From the UHGV virus genome UHGV-0211193: a DNA stretch of 42,026 bases; one strand, written 5' to 3'. Source of the stretch: a virus. The notes beneath the pieces were generated by a model. The model did no database searches, was not told the origin of the DNA, and was given only the letters and a program-made list of their open reading frames with translations. A program made the position numbers and the translations under genes. Positions 24,830 to 33,871 of the stretch are shown here, one piece after another; position 1 is the stretch's first letter, and each line of letters opens with the position of its first letter.

Positions 24830-25327
24830 TTAAAATGCAGAGATTTTAATAAGTGATCCTACCGCACCGATAGAAGCAACTTTGAATAATGGTACTTCGG
24901 TAAAGCCTGCAATAGTAGCACCAGCAGCGCCAGTTGCAATCTCACCAGTTGTATCAGATGCAAACACAGATTGACCAACAGTTGCAGCAGTAGTGGTTTT
25001 TACGAAGAAGTCACCACGATCAAACAATGTTACACCATAACCCTTAGGAATAACCATTGACGATTCAGCAAGCCAGTTGTAAATAACCGAAAAGTTACTA
25101 CCACGACCAACAAAACCGATTGCACAGTTTGTTAAGTCAGAAGGCTTAGCATTGGCTACTTGATGGGTTTCATAGTCAGCCCATGCAAAACGACCAATAG
25201 TTACGCCAGCAGTCCCAGCGACAAACTCAGCAGTGCTAGCAAGCACGTTATGCGTATTACTTACAGAAGCAAACGCACCTTCAACCCCAATAGGAGGATT
25301 TAAATTAACTTCACGTGGAAAACCCAT
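24830..25327 (-). CDS. Putative head decoration or accessory capsid protein of 165 aa.
   Basis: Gly/Ala/Thr-rich and beta-rich. Sits between the protease/scaffold and capsid genes, as lambda gpD does. Confidence 0.35.
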   Translation of the reverse strand: MGFPREVNLNPPIGVEGAFASVSNTHNVLASTAEFVAGTAGVTIGRFAWADYETHQVANAKPSDLTNCAIGFVGRGSNFSVIYNWLAESSMVIPKGYGVTLFDRGDFFVKTTTAATVGQSVFASDTTGEIATGAAGATIAGFTEVPLFKVASIGAVGSLIKISAF

Positions 25328-25338
25328 TTCTTAACTCC

Positions 25339-26691
25339 TTAGCCGAAACGCTTTAAAAGGTCGCTTGTTTCTTTCGATGCAGGTCCAGCTTTAGGAGCCG
25401 AATCCATTGCAATGCCACCAGTTTTTTGAGCCTTAACCAAAGCAGCAAGACCAGCAGTGTTAATGCCTTTTGTCTCAATGCCTTTTTGTTGAAGCGCATA
25501 CTCATATACAGCATGATCAGATGAGAATCCATCCAAAGCGATTTGACCCACTAAAGGCTCGACTTCACGACCAGCTTTGAAGATGCTCATAATGCCATTG
25601 CGGATTTCTGCTGCATCCATAGCCATATCTTGAGCTTGTTCTTTGTCACGCTCACGATCTTTTTCTTCACGCTTTTCACGAGCTTTTAAACGCATAGCTT
25701 CAGATTCATTGTCTTTGTCGGCTTGAGTTTGTTTATCTTCCTCATCCTCTACAATTTCAATATCTTCTTCGTCTTCTGCCTTTTTGTCATCGTCTTCATC
25801 TTCGGCATCAGATTTTTTGTCATCCTCATCAAGGGCCAAAGCCTCATGAACTGCCATAATGGTTTTTTTGATGTCTTCGGCAGAATCCATACCTAATTGC
25901 TCGCGCAACTTGGCAAGGCCACCTTTCTTCATTACAATTTTTTTAGCCATTAATTGACCCTCTATTGAATCCGCAATAATCGCGTCACTTCCGATTCTAC
26001 CACGTTCGACAATAGCAACGTGATTACCGTGTATGTTACGCATAATACCATCATAAGGCACACCATTAAAAGTGCCTGCTGTCATATCCGCATCATAGGC
26101 GTAACCAGCAGATAATTCACGCATCTTTTCACTTTCAATATAGTCAATGCCTTCTTGGTCAAATACTCGCAAAGATGACCAAACTCGACCATCCTCATCC
26201 ATATCAACGTCAGTCCCAATTGAGCCAATAGTTGACTCTTTTTCTGAGTTTTCAGCATCAACAGGAATGTGACGAATTAATAATTGAAGGCCCTTAAAAG
26301 TATCCAAAGACTTGCGTAGTTCTTCTGGATCGCGCAATAGGTTGTATGTCTTATTTGGATCTAAGCCCAACTCTTTCCAGCGCGGAATAGTTGAACCCAT
26401 ATAAGGATTAACAGCAGCCTTAGTAATAATGGTTCGGTCAACAATCAAGTGGCCATTCTTATCTTTATGGCGTGCCGAATCCATTGCATGTTCTGGCTCC
26501 TTCTTTTCTTCTTCAAGCCATTGATCAAACAATTCTTCCAACTTATCAAAGTCAGTATCATTCGCCATTCCAGCTTCTTTATAAGCTATGGCAATCGCTT
26601 GATCTTTCGGTTTTCCTGAATCAATTAACTCACGAATGTTTTTATGAATAACATCCTGTGAGCTACCTTTAATTAGAGGCATTTTACTCAC
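25339..26691 (-). CDS. Putative prohead protease / scaffolding protein (Mu gpI-like fusion).
   Basis: 450 aa, with a highly acidic DE/K-rich segment (DEDDKKSDAEDEDDDKKAEDEEDIEIVEDEED) typical of scaffolds. Position before the capsid gene. Confidence 0.45.
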   Translation of the reverse strand: MSKMPLIKGSSQDVIHKNIRELIDSGKPKDQAIAIAYKEAGMANDTDFDKLEELFDQWLEEEKKEPEHAMDSARHKDKNGHLIVDRTIITKAAVNPYMGSTIPRWKELGLDPNKTYNLLRDPEELRKSLDTFKGLQLLIRHIPVDAENSEKESTIGSIGTDVDMDEDGRVWSSLRVFDQEGIDYIESEKMRELSAGYAYDADMTAGTFNGVPYDGIMRNIHGNHVAIVERGRIGSDAIIADSIEGQLMAKKIVMKKGGLAKLREQLGMDSAEDIKKTIMAVHEALALDEDDKKSDAEDEDDDKKAEDEEDIEIVEDEEDKQTQADKDNESEAMRLKAREKREEKDRERDKEQAQDMAMDAAEIRNGIMSIFKAGREVEPLVGQIALDGFSSDHAVYEYALQQKGIETKGINTAGLAALVKAQKTGGIAMDSAPKAGPASKETSDLLKRFG

Positions 26692-26763
26692 CTATATCAC
26701 TTTTCTTGATTATAGCAAGTAATGGTTATAAAAAAAGCCCCATTAAAGAGACTCTAATTTATG

Positions 26764-26961
26764 TTAACTATTAAAACCGTAATCAACCTGACCAATAGGC
26801 GTGGTATCTTTTGGCTCTTCCTTGTGTGTAAGCACCCAACAATTAAGCCTGTATATGTAGATATTTTTATTTGTAATCTTAAAATATCTTTCTATTTGTC
26901 TTGAGTAGTGTGTCGCCCCTTCAGGCGCATTCCTCTTAATCTCGTCAATGTTCATTCTCAA
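26764..26961 (-). CDS. Small protein of 65 aa. Its N-terminus is paralogous to the 32862-33047 product (IDEIKRNAPEGATHY versus IEEIRKGAPEGSTHY).
   Basis: Shared 15-aa N-terminal motif. Last gene of the inserted cassette. Confidence 0.4.
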   Translation of the reverse strand: MRMNIDEIKRNAPEGATHYSRQIERYFKITNKNIYIYRLNCWVLTHKEEPKDTTPIGQVDYGFNS

Positions 26962-27045
26962 CCCTCATCTTGTCGCAATGTATGCATAAGTATGCTTTAT
27001 AAATCCAGCAATATTGGTAGATATGGTTGCATTCTTTGAATGTGG

Positions 27046-27249
27046 TCATTTGACATACTCCGTAATTAAGCGGATAACCAAAACCATAGTTAAAGTCGCT
27101 GCTATTACCCCCCAAGCAAAAAAGAAACCTCTGCCAAACCACTCCATAATTGCAGGAGTTGAAAGCTCTCCGTTATACCAACGCCATGCGTACTTGATAG
27201 ATACAAATAAAGCTGCACCGTAGATGATTGCTATCGCAAAGTCTTTCAT
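27046..27249 (-). CDS. Small two-transmembrane membrane protein of 67 aa.
   Basis: Hydrophobic helices AIAIIYGAALFVSI and FFFAWGVIAATLTMVLVI. Confidence 0.45.
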   Translation of the reverse strand: MKDFAIAIIYGAALFVSIKYAWRWYNGELSTPAIMEWFGRGFFFAWGVIAATLTMVLVIRLITEYVK

Positions 27250-27515
27250 CCTTCCCCCTTGAGCGCTTGCCCTATCTTCTTGTTCTCAGCCTTAAGTTCT
27301 TTGTTTTCCTCAAGAAGCTTTGCGATATAGTTGTGGAGTTTTGAAATAGCAATATCTTCTTCATTTGAGATTCTTTGCATTTCATCCACCCGCTTTTGCA
27401 GTTCATCCACTTTCGCTTGCTGGTGCTGCCATGCTGCATCAAATCCCGCTCTTGCTGTAATGTCTCTTGTTTGGTGATACCAATCTGAAAATACTTTTTC
27501 TTTCATCTCAATCAC
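27246..27515 (-). CDS. Coiled-coil protein of 89 aa.
   Basis: ORF overlapping its neighbours by 4 nt. Heptad-rich. Confidence 0.4.
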   Translation of the reverse strand: MIEMKEKVFSDWYHQTRDITARAGFDAAWQHQQAKVDELQKRVDEMQRISNEEDIAISKLHNYIAKLLEENKELKAENKKIGQALKGEG

Positions 27516-27706
27516 TCACTTTATCAATGCGGTAGCCTAATGCGATTTCTTCTTGGGTGGCGTGTCTAAAGTTGGACTCATGCGAAAATGAATATTCGTT
27601 TTTACTCCAATAAGCCCGAATAAACTCATCGTTGTATGCTTGAATCTTCATAACCCTGTTTTGACTGCTGTTCTTTAAAACTACTGATTCCCCGACCTTA
27701 AACATG
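27508..27706 (-). CDS. DUF2158 (YodC)-like small protein. The true start is ATG 27706 (MFKVGESVVLKNSS...).
   Basis: GGAGG RBS and ATG overlapping the upstream stop (ATGTTTAA). Pattern FKVGE.V.LK...VMKI...F..W. Confidence 0.45.
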
Positions 27707-28096
27707 CTCACCTCCATAAATGGATTCGTAGTCTGCGATTGATTTTTCATAACTCTCTGCAATGCCCTCAAAACCATTGTAAAAAAGACAGTTGGCTTCT
27801 TTTTTTAGCTTTCTTAATCCACCCTTAGACTCAACAATCTCAACAGACTCAACCACCTGTTTGAGTTTTTCTAAAGAAATTGTATGTTTGGATCTGCCTA
27901 AATCTTCAATCGGCCAAGTTGAAACTACCCAACCCCCTTTTGACTCATCATCCGAGCCATACATCACATCATCACATTTGATTTTGTAATAAAAGCCTGT
28001 AAGTTGATTCAAATAAAGTGAGTCTTTAGGCGCACCCTCTAAAACCGCCTTAGCTCTCTCAACCCCAAACTCTGCTACAAATTTATGCGCGTTCAT
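27698..28096 (-). CDS. Hypothetical protein of 132 aa.
   Basis: ORF within the cassette. Confidence 0.4.
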   Translation of the reverse strand: MNAHKFVAEFGVERAKAVLEGAPKDSLYLNQLTGFYYKIKCDDVMYGSDDESKGGWVVSTWPIEDLGRSKHTISLEKLKQVVESVEIVESKGGLRKLKKEANCLFYNGFEGIAESYEKSIADYESIYGGEHV

Positions 28097-28230
28097 TAAT
28101 CCAATCCTCTAGAACTTCAATTAGTTGTTTTGCGCCTGTTTTGTCACAAGTAATATAAACACCATCTTGCTGCAACTCTAGCGTATAATCATTAAACTCA
28201 CGCACTTCTATTTCAGTATCTTCTTTCTGA

Positions 28231-28434
28231 TTAATTACTATCATCGCTATTCCCCAAACAGTAGGCTATGGCTTGTTCAAAACTAGCAAGTCTTTTGCAT
28301 AGTTCACCATTCTTATATACATCAACGCATTCAAAAGAGAAACACAGTGCGTATTCACCGTAATTTATTACATCACCATCAAAAACCACTTCTGCTTTAA
28401 TCATAACTCCATCACCTTTTCTAAAATAACCCAA
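28231..28434 (-). CDS. Hypothetical Cys-containing small protein. An alternative start is ATG 28404, coupled to the upstream peptide.
   Basis: ATGA overlap at 28401-28404 with the 30-aa peptide ORF. Confidence 0.4.
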   Translation of the reverse strand: MGYFRKGDGVMIKAEVVFDGDVINYGEYALCFSFECVDVYKNGELCKRLASFEQAIAYCLGNSDDSN

Positions 28435-28493
28435 TAAATCTTTGCCAATGGCAGCAATGCTGTAGCTAGTATCGCTGATATTAGAATGATCAT
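28401..28493 (-). CDS. Unannotated 30-aa hydrophobic peptide (MIILISAILATALLPLAKIYWVILEKVMEL), the first gene of the cassette.
   Basis: RBS ATAGGAGATTGAA-ATG. ATGA coupling to the next gene. About 35 nt downstream of a promoter motif. Confidence 0.4.
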   Translation of the reverse strand: MIILISAILATALLPLAKIYWVILEKVMEL

Positions 28494-28528
28494 TTCAATC
28501 TCCTATCTGATAAGCACACTATAACATA

Positions 28529-28548
28529 TAATTCGCAATAGTAAATAT
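28529..28548 (-). promoter_or_regulatory. Variant copy of the promoter motif (ATATTTACTATTGCGAATTA, minus orientation) that drives the inserted small-gene cassette.
   Basis: Resembles TTTACTATAGCGAATAT. Lies between the terminator of the morphogenesis gene and the first cassette ORF. Confidence 0.4.
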
Positions 28549-28550
28549 TG

Positions 28551-28579
28551 TAATTAAAAAGAAAGCCCGATTAAGGGCT
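28551..28579 (-). terminator. Rho-independent terminator at the end of the head morphogenesis gene (AGCCC-uuaauc-GGGCU followed by UUCUUUUU).
   Basis: 5-bp stem at 28564-28579 with a T-rich tract on the minus strand at 28551-28563. Confidence 0.5.
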
Positions 28580-29338
28580 ATCAGGTATTTCAATAATAAG
28601 CTTGGCTCTACATCTGCAATTAATCTTTTCAGCGGGTTGAATCCACTCTCCCGATATATATGCTCCTTTGGCAATCTCGTATCGCATACCATTAGCTTTT
28701 ACATGATCATGGCGATAAGTTTTCCCAGCCGATGAATGAATCCAGATAGCTTCAGTTATGCCCAATTCTTCAGCACGAGCCTTCTCAAAAGCTTGGTTTA
28801 ACTTAGCCGTTTGATCCTTTGCGATATTCTTAGCCCTACGATCTGTCACGCCGTCAATTTCGCGTAGTTGCTTAATTAGACCCTCAACATCATAGCCGTT
28901 CTTTACACTACGCCATACAGCAGAACGAACCTTATCTAAATACTCGTTGCCAATTGACTTGATTAGAGCAACATTCTCACCTAAAGCAATTTGCGCTTGA
29001 TCTTGCACATACTCAGTATTTCTAAAATTAACAGTAAATCCACGCTTTTTAAGCATATTAAGTAAGCGCCGATCATAGTGCGTCTTAGACTTGCTAACTA
29101 ATTCCCTAGCTACGTCTTGAGATAAGGTATCAAGCATTCCTTGCCATTTCTTGACAATCCCATCAATGACGTGACCCATCCAGTCCAGAATACCATCCAT
29201 AGCAATTTCTGAGTTATACGGCTTAACAACATCATTAATAATGTCTTTTCGCATCTCATCCATCATAGATTGCATTTGCTCCCTGTACCATTTGGTCAGG
29301 GATGCATTAGGCGCGATTGACTCAAGGGTTACTTGCAT
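28571..29338 (-). CDS. Head morphogenesis protein (SPP1 gp7 / Mu F-like minor head protein).
   Basis: 255 aa, directly downstream of the portal gene. Confidence 0.5.
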   Translation of the reverse strand: MQVTLESIAPNASLTKWYREQMQSMMDEMRKDIINDVVKPYNSEIAMDGILDWMGHVIDGIVKKWQGMLDTLSQDVARELVSKSKTHYDRRLLNMLKKRGFTVNFRNTEYVQDQAQIALGENVALIKSIGNEYLDKVRSAVWRSVKNGYDVEGLIKQLREIDGVTDRRAKNIAKDQTAKLNQAFEKARAEELGITEAIWIHSSAGKTYRHDHVKANGMRYEIAKGAYISGEWIQPAEKINCRCRAKLIIEIPDSP

Positions 29339-29460
29339 TTTTTGATCTCTTTGCCCAATTTCTTCTTTGCTCTCTACTCAATCCAGAAGGCATTAGTTTC
29401 CCTTTTGTTTTACACAAGCTGATTAGATGGGCAATTGAAATTCCTAAGTATTGATCCTTA

Positions 29461-30885
29461 TCATTGTGCATCTGGTTCACCGTATGGGTCTATTTCAGGA
29501 GCATCACCCTCTAAACTATATCCGCTATCTTCATCATTGTTAAGCTTCTCACGAACTTCATCATTACTCATTACACCCTCTTGCATGTAAATCTGATCAG
29601 TCTGCGCTTTTTTCAAGTTTACGTCAGCACGCTCATTATCATCTAATTGATACAGAGGATTAAACTTGAACTCAATTGACGGATCAATCTTTCCAAACAA
29701 GTTTAACTGAATACATTTTAAAACGGTCTTCATTTGCGGCAATAGATGCGCTTCTTGCAATGCAGAAACACTGTCATAGAATGCACGGAACTCGCCGTCT
29801 GAGGTGTTGCCAAGCCCAGCAGTAGGCGTGCCAAACAATTTGATTACTGGAATCTTAGAAGGATAGGCAACCATTTGCGTAAATGCATCTACCAAATCCT
29901 TCAACCCGTTCAAAGGTGTATTGATCTGGAAGATTTCTTCACCCTCTTTGTCTACCAGTAAAACACCAGTATTGTCACGTAACAACCCAAGTTCTCGCGC
30001 ACGAGCAACAGGAATATTAATTCCATTCTCGCTAGCTGAAATTAACGAGCCTAGATCGGTTTTAAGGCCAGTTAAGCTAAACATGGTAATAACTTTGGCT
30101 ACCGCATCAATAACAGATTGTAGGCGCTGTACATACGGCATCATAAGCTGAATCATTGATATGCCATAGAAGTTGTATGCTGGCTTTAACATGTCTGGAA
30201 CTGGACGCATAACTAAAGTTTGAAGACGTGAACAATGAACATTCTTACCCAACATCCACCATTGTTTAGGCACAAAGAAATCTGATTTAAGCGGGTCATT
30301 TGCATTGTATAAGCTTGGAGTAGACCAAATAGGCTCACGCACTACAAAGCCATTTAATGAGCCTTTTTTAATTCCTTTGTCATCAATCATCAAAGGCAAA
30401 TCGGTTTTACCTTCTGCGCCTTCAATGTCGATATACATTTGAGATCCACCAAAGATAAAATCATTCTCCACATGCTTGCGAAACAAGTCACGCACATTCA
30501 GGCGCTTTAACTCATCTTCGATTAAGGTAACTTTTTCTGGATCATCACCTTTCACGCAACCCCATTCACGCGTAATCTCTTGAGCAAACGTTTCAAAGAC
30601 TAATCGGTATTCAGCAGACTGTGACAATTCAACAAGCGCAGGATAACCCAAATAAGAGCTATAGAACTGAGCATCCAGTGTGGCGTATTGTGATGCAGTA
30701 CAAAACCCATCCATTGCCATAATATCTACGCCTTCAGGCACAACACCCTGAGGCAATACTGGGCAAGGATAAGTAATAACAGGCTTAACAGTCGCCGCTT
30801 CTATAGCGTACTGCATGCTCTTATACACAAAGCCTTTCTTTTGCTCAGGCTCTTTTTTAGACTTGAAGAAATTCATAATCAGCAC
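29461..30885 (-). CDS. Portal protein.
   Basis: 474 aa, directly downstream of the large terminase. The acidic C-terminus is typical of portals. Confidence 0.6.
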   Translation of the reverse strand: MLIMNFFKSKKEPEQKKGFVYKSMQYAIEAATVKPVITYPCPVLPQGVVPEGVDIMAMDGFCTASQYATLDAQFYSSYLGYPALVELSQSAEYRLVFETFAQEITREWGCVKGDDPEKVTLIEDELKRLNVRDLFRKHVENDFIFGGSQMYIDIEGAEGKTDLPLMIDDKGIKKGSLNGFVVREPIWSTPSLYNANDPLKSDFFVPKQWWMLGKNVHCSRLQTLVMRPVPDMLKPAYNFYGISMIQLMMPYVQRLQSVIDAVAKVITMFSLTGLKTDLGSLISASENGINIPVARARELGLLRDNTGVLLVDKEGEEIFQINTPLNGLKDLVDAFTQMVAYPSKIPVIKLFGTPTAGLGNTSDGEFRAFYDSVSALQEAHLLPQMKTVLKCIQLNLFGKIDPSIEFKFNPLYQLDDNERADVNLKKAQTDQIYMQEGVMSNDEVREKLNNDEDSGYSLEGDAPEIDPYGEPDAQ

Positions 30886-30912
30886 TCGATAATTTAATTA
30901 AATTGTATATGA

Positions 30913-32247
30913 TCACAAGCCCATAATGAAACCACCCATGCCACGCTTCATCACTTTCTCTAAAGCATAACGCAAAGCATCGATATAATGGTTATGTTTA
31001 TCCACGATTATCGGCAACACCTCATCCGTTAATCTATCCTTTTTATAAGAATAATCACGGAACTCATTAATAGTTTCTGTGCAGCGCTTGTGAATATAAA
31101 CCTTTTTAAATGATTTGATAAACTCAATACCATCTTCGACAGAACCTTTGCCTTTTTCGACTGGCTTAATTCTAGCTAATCCTTTTTTCTTGAGATGGCT
31201 AATAGATTCAGGACGAGCGCTATCCGCATAAACAGCATATTTCTTAATGTCTGGTATTTTCTTCTCTAAGAACTCAACAGTATCGTCTAGCTCCAAGCCA
31301 ACCTTTCCAGCTTCATGTTCGATCCAAATGCAATCATCATGAATCCAAGCTTTAACGCATGCAGTTGGGTCTTGAGAGAAGCCAAAGTCGAGTCCGATGT
31401 ATGGCCCATTCCATTTTTGAGGATCAGCAACAAAGTCTTTAATCTCATATTTACCTTTAAAGATTTGAGCTTCAGACATCTCAAGATATGCGCCTTCCCA
31501 AATCCATCGGTAAGTCACATCATCTAAATTAGCTTGGTCGCGCCGTCTTTCCAAATCAAGAACATGAGGGAACCACGGATTATCCATGTAGTTCAGTACT
31601 ACACACCGACCAATGACATTCCCATCATCATCAAGCATTTCAGGATGACCAAAGCGAGTATTTGTAGCACTATTTCTTTTTTCGGGGTTGTAGGTAATGT
31701 AAACCTGCGAACCTTCTTCACGCACAGTTGGGAGTAATTTTCTCCAAGCCATTTCCGAGACTGTTTCAGCCTCATCCACCCAGCAAAGCAAGATGCGCGC
31801 TTTCGACTTAATGCTATCTAAATTATGTCTAAGCCCTGCAAACACGTACTCAACACGCCTATTCTTTGTTCTTATGTAGTTCTCACCCATTTCATAGTAA
31901 TCATTTAAAAAAGGAACAGACCTAATTGCCTGCTTGATTTCCTCCATAGATGAATCTGAAAGTGAGTTTAAGTGTTCACGAGCGGAAAGAATAACGCCCG
32001 ATTGGCCCATCTCAGCACACATATAACCCCTAACAGCCGTCATTAAGGCAAACGTGCGCGTTTTCCCCGACCCACGACCACCTTTAGACACAAGGTAGCG
32101 CAAATCAGGATCAGAAAATAAAGGGATTAATTTTGGTGGAATCTCAATTGATACCGTAGTCAATCTTTGTTCCACCATGATTTTCATGAAACTTAAAATG
32201 AACCTTTGAATACAAAGCATCACCATGCAGTGAATTACACCCCGCAA
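30913..32247 (-). CDS. terL: Terminase large subunit. The start is uncertain: TTG 32247, or ATG 32226, 32187 or 32178.
   Basis: Walker A GGRGSGKT near the N-terminus. Size about 430 aa. Located after the terS gene. Confidence 0.75.
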   Translation of the reverse strand: MRGVIHCMVMLCIQRFILSFMKIMVEQRLTTVSIEIPPKLIPLFSDPDLRYLVSKGGRGSGKTRTFALMTAVRGYMCAEMGQSGVILSAREHLNSLSDSSMEEIKQAIRSVPFLNDYYEMGENYIRTKNRRVEYVFAGLRHNLDSIKSKARILLCWVDEAETVSEMAWRKLLPTVREEGSQVYITYNPEKRNSATNTRFGHPEMLDDDGNVIGRCVVLNYMDNPWFPHVLDLERRRDQANLDDVTYRWIWEGAYLEMSEAQIFKGKYEIKDFVADPQKWNGPYIGLDFGFSQDPTACVKAWIHDDCIWIEHEAGKVGLELDDTVEFLEKKIPDIKKYAVYADSARPESISHLKKKGLARIKPVEKGKGSVEDGIEFIKSFKKVYIHKRCTETINEFRDYSYKKDRLTDEVLPIIVDKHNHYIDALRYALEKVMKRGMGGFIMGL

Positions 32248-32380
32248 CCTTACCTACCTTTTGAGCATTAAACGTATTAAATCCTCGTTCCGTCTTAAAG
32301 TGGCTGCGCGGCCTTTCTTTCCAAAATAAAACACCGTCAACCAAAGAAAAACACTCATTTAAATATTCTTTATCCATCAC
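32144..32380 (-). pseudogene. Degenerate HNH_3-type homing endonuclease remnant between terS and terL, with its catalytic C-terminus lost.
   Basis: The N-terminal pattern LFWKERPRSHF...GKVAGCNSLHGDALYSK resembles the HNH_3 family (G.L.W...F...aG...GY). The ORF ends at HENHGGTKIDYGIN, where intact members have HG...IDHING...DNR. It overlaps the terL start region. Confidence 0.35.
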
Positions 32381-32382
32381 GC

Positions 32383-32802
32383 TTACTCCGAACTTGGGGC
32401 AACCAACTGAATCACACTTGGCTTGTTAATACTCTCACCATTAGAGGTTACATCAATCAATTGCTTATCAAGACCAAGTAGTTTAGCTTTACCCATAGTC
32501 GCAGCAACAGCAGCAGCAGACTGGACTCGCTCACCATCAAGCGCAGCACGTCTAGCCTCTTCCAATTCAAGCAAAAGCGTATCAACTGTAATATTGTGCC
32601 GCTTCTTATGCTCTTTGCGAATCTGCTCGAGCCTTGTTGTAATCTTGTTGTTATCAAGCAAAGCGCTAGCATTCCTATGAACTGTATTCTCATTCATGGA
32701 ATCCGCATCATAAGATTGACGATAAGCTTCACTAGCATTCCCAAGCTCGATATATAATTGACAGAAATTTTCTTGCTTAGGAGTCAAATTTAAATCAGCC
32801 AC
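32383..32802 (-). CDS. terS: Terminase small subunit (Terminase_2 / P27 family); GTG start.
   Basis: LTPKQENFCQLYIELGNASEAYRQSY matches the LTxKQxxFxxxYxxxGNAtqAa signature. RBS GGGAG. Confidence 0.7.
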   Translation of the reverse strand: MADLNLTPKQENFCQLYIELGNASEAYRQSYDADSMNENTVHRNASALLDNNKITTRLEQIRKEHKKRHNITVDTLLLELEEARRAALDGERVQSAAAVAATMGKAKLLGLDKQLIDVTSNGESINKPSVIQLVAPSSE

Positions 32803-32845
32803 TTAACACTCCCAAAATTAACAAAAGTTTTCTATAGCATACCAC

Positions 32846-32872
32846 AAAAAGAAAAACCGCACTAAAGCGGTT
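32846..32872 (-). terminator. Rho-independent terminator upstream of terS (AACCGC-uuuagu-GCGGUU followed by a U-rich tract).
   Basis: 6-bp stem. A CTATAG-containing promoter-like sequence (32828-32845) lies between it and terS. Confidence 0.5.
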
Positions 32873-33047
32873 TAAAACTATAAAATGAAGCACATGAGAA
32901 AGGGATTGGATTAAATCTTGTTTTTATCCACTGATGCATATGAACACCGATTTTTTTGAAAAAATACAAACATCCATCATAAATCAAGTAATGTGTACTT
33001 CCTTCTGGCGCGCCCTTCCTAATTTCTTCAATGGTCATTTTACTCAT
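32862..33047 (-). CDS. Small protein of 61 aa, the N-terminal paralogue of 26764-26961.
   Basis: Motif IEEIRKGAPEGSTHY. Confidence 0.4.
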   Translation of the reverse strand: MSKMTIEEIRKGAPEGSTHYLIYDGCLYFFKKIGVHMHQWIKTRFNPIPFSCASFYSFKPL

Positions 33048-33427
33048 CCCTCATCTCCCGATTCGCTTGCTTTCAAAATCCCTTCATAAATTGACTTTGC
33101 CACTGATGTTTTCATGATGTGTGCACAATCCGATTCCCTCCAAGTAAGTTTCATTGAGGCAATGATTTCATCATTGGGTTCCTTTGGTACAATTACGTGC
33201 GTATCTGGCACCGCATGAGCTTTGGCTTTTTCTAGCTCTGCTCTAAGTCTGTCTATTTCACATGCCGCATGGTTACAAATAACACGTAACTCATCTTCTT
33301 TATATTCATCTGCATGCATCATCATTAAATGGCTGATTTCGGTACCGAATTGGCTATCACCATCAAAAACCCAAACCACACCATCATCTTGCTCGAAGCG
33401 CAAATTAACTTTTTCATTCAATGTCAT
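33044..33427 (-). CDS. Hypothetical protein of 127 aa.
   Basis: ATGA coupling with both neighbours. Confidence 0.4.
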   Translation of the reverse strand: MTLNEKVNLRFEQDDGVVWVFDGDSQFGTEISHLMMMHADEYKEDELRVICNHAACEIDRLRAELEKAKAHAVPDTHVIVPKEPNDEIIASMKLTWRESDCAHIMKTSVAKSIYEGILKASESGDEG

Positions 33428-33549
33428 TGCTCAATCTCCTTTTCCTTCCCGCATTTACGGCAAACCTTATAAGGCTCACCCAACCAATCACTTTCCTCAT
33501 GTTCCCATTCATGCCAGCAGAATAGGCGTTTTATAAATTTAAATATCAT
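33424..33549 (-). CDS. Unannotated 41-aa Cys/His-rich small protein (MIFKFIKRLFCWHEWEHEESDWLGEPYKVCRKCGKEKEIEQ).
   Basis: RBS AGGAAG 6 nt before ATG 33549. Its stop overlaps the start of 33044-33427 (ATGA). CWH...CRKCG is zinc-ribbon-like. Confidence 0.45.
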   Translation of the reverse strand: MIFKFIKRLFCWHEWEHEESDWLGEPYKVCRKCGKEKEIEQ

Positions 33550-33558
33550 AATATCTTC

Positions 33559-33762
33559 CTAATTCTTTGGTAATCTCGGGAAAGGCATCCAATGAGTAAC
33601 AAACTCACCAGAACAGCAATCGTTAATGAAGTGGTTTTCTCCCTCTATTTGAAGGGTACCGTAATATTTCTGACCTAAGTTGTCTACCAATAGAACCATT
33701 TCATATTCATATGGTTTCTCGTCTTCAATCTTGATCCACTCCATCACCCGCCTCTCAACCAT
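33559..33762 (-). CDS. DUF551-domain protein.
   Basis: C-terminal VTHWMPFPRLP matches the DUF551 hallmark (THWMPLPEPP). Confidence 0.5.
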   Translation of the reverse strand: MVERRVMEWIKIEDEKPYEYEMVLLVDNLGQKYYGTLQIEGENHFINDCCSGEFVTHWMPFPRLPKN

Positions 33763-33871
33763 TCATACACAACCAACAAAGCATAGTAAATTATCAACAC
33801 TACACTTCTACCCAAATCCATTAACGCATAGCCCAAAACCCTGCAATTAATCCGTAGTTTTTGCTTGCTTG

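Noticed and set aside
26945-27142. 65-aa ORF overlapping the 27046-27249 membrane-protein gene by about 100 nt
   Set aside because: It conflicts with a better-supported coupled gene chain and has no RBS. It is likely a frame artefact.
32423-32693. Two overlapping ORFs on both strands inside terS
   Set aside because: The terS reading frame has a clear family signature. The others are shadow ORFs.
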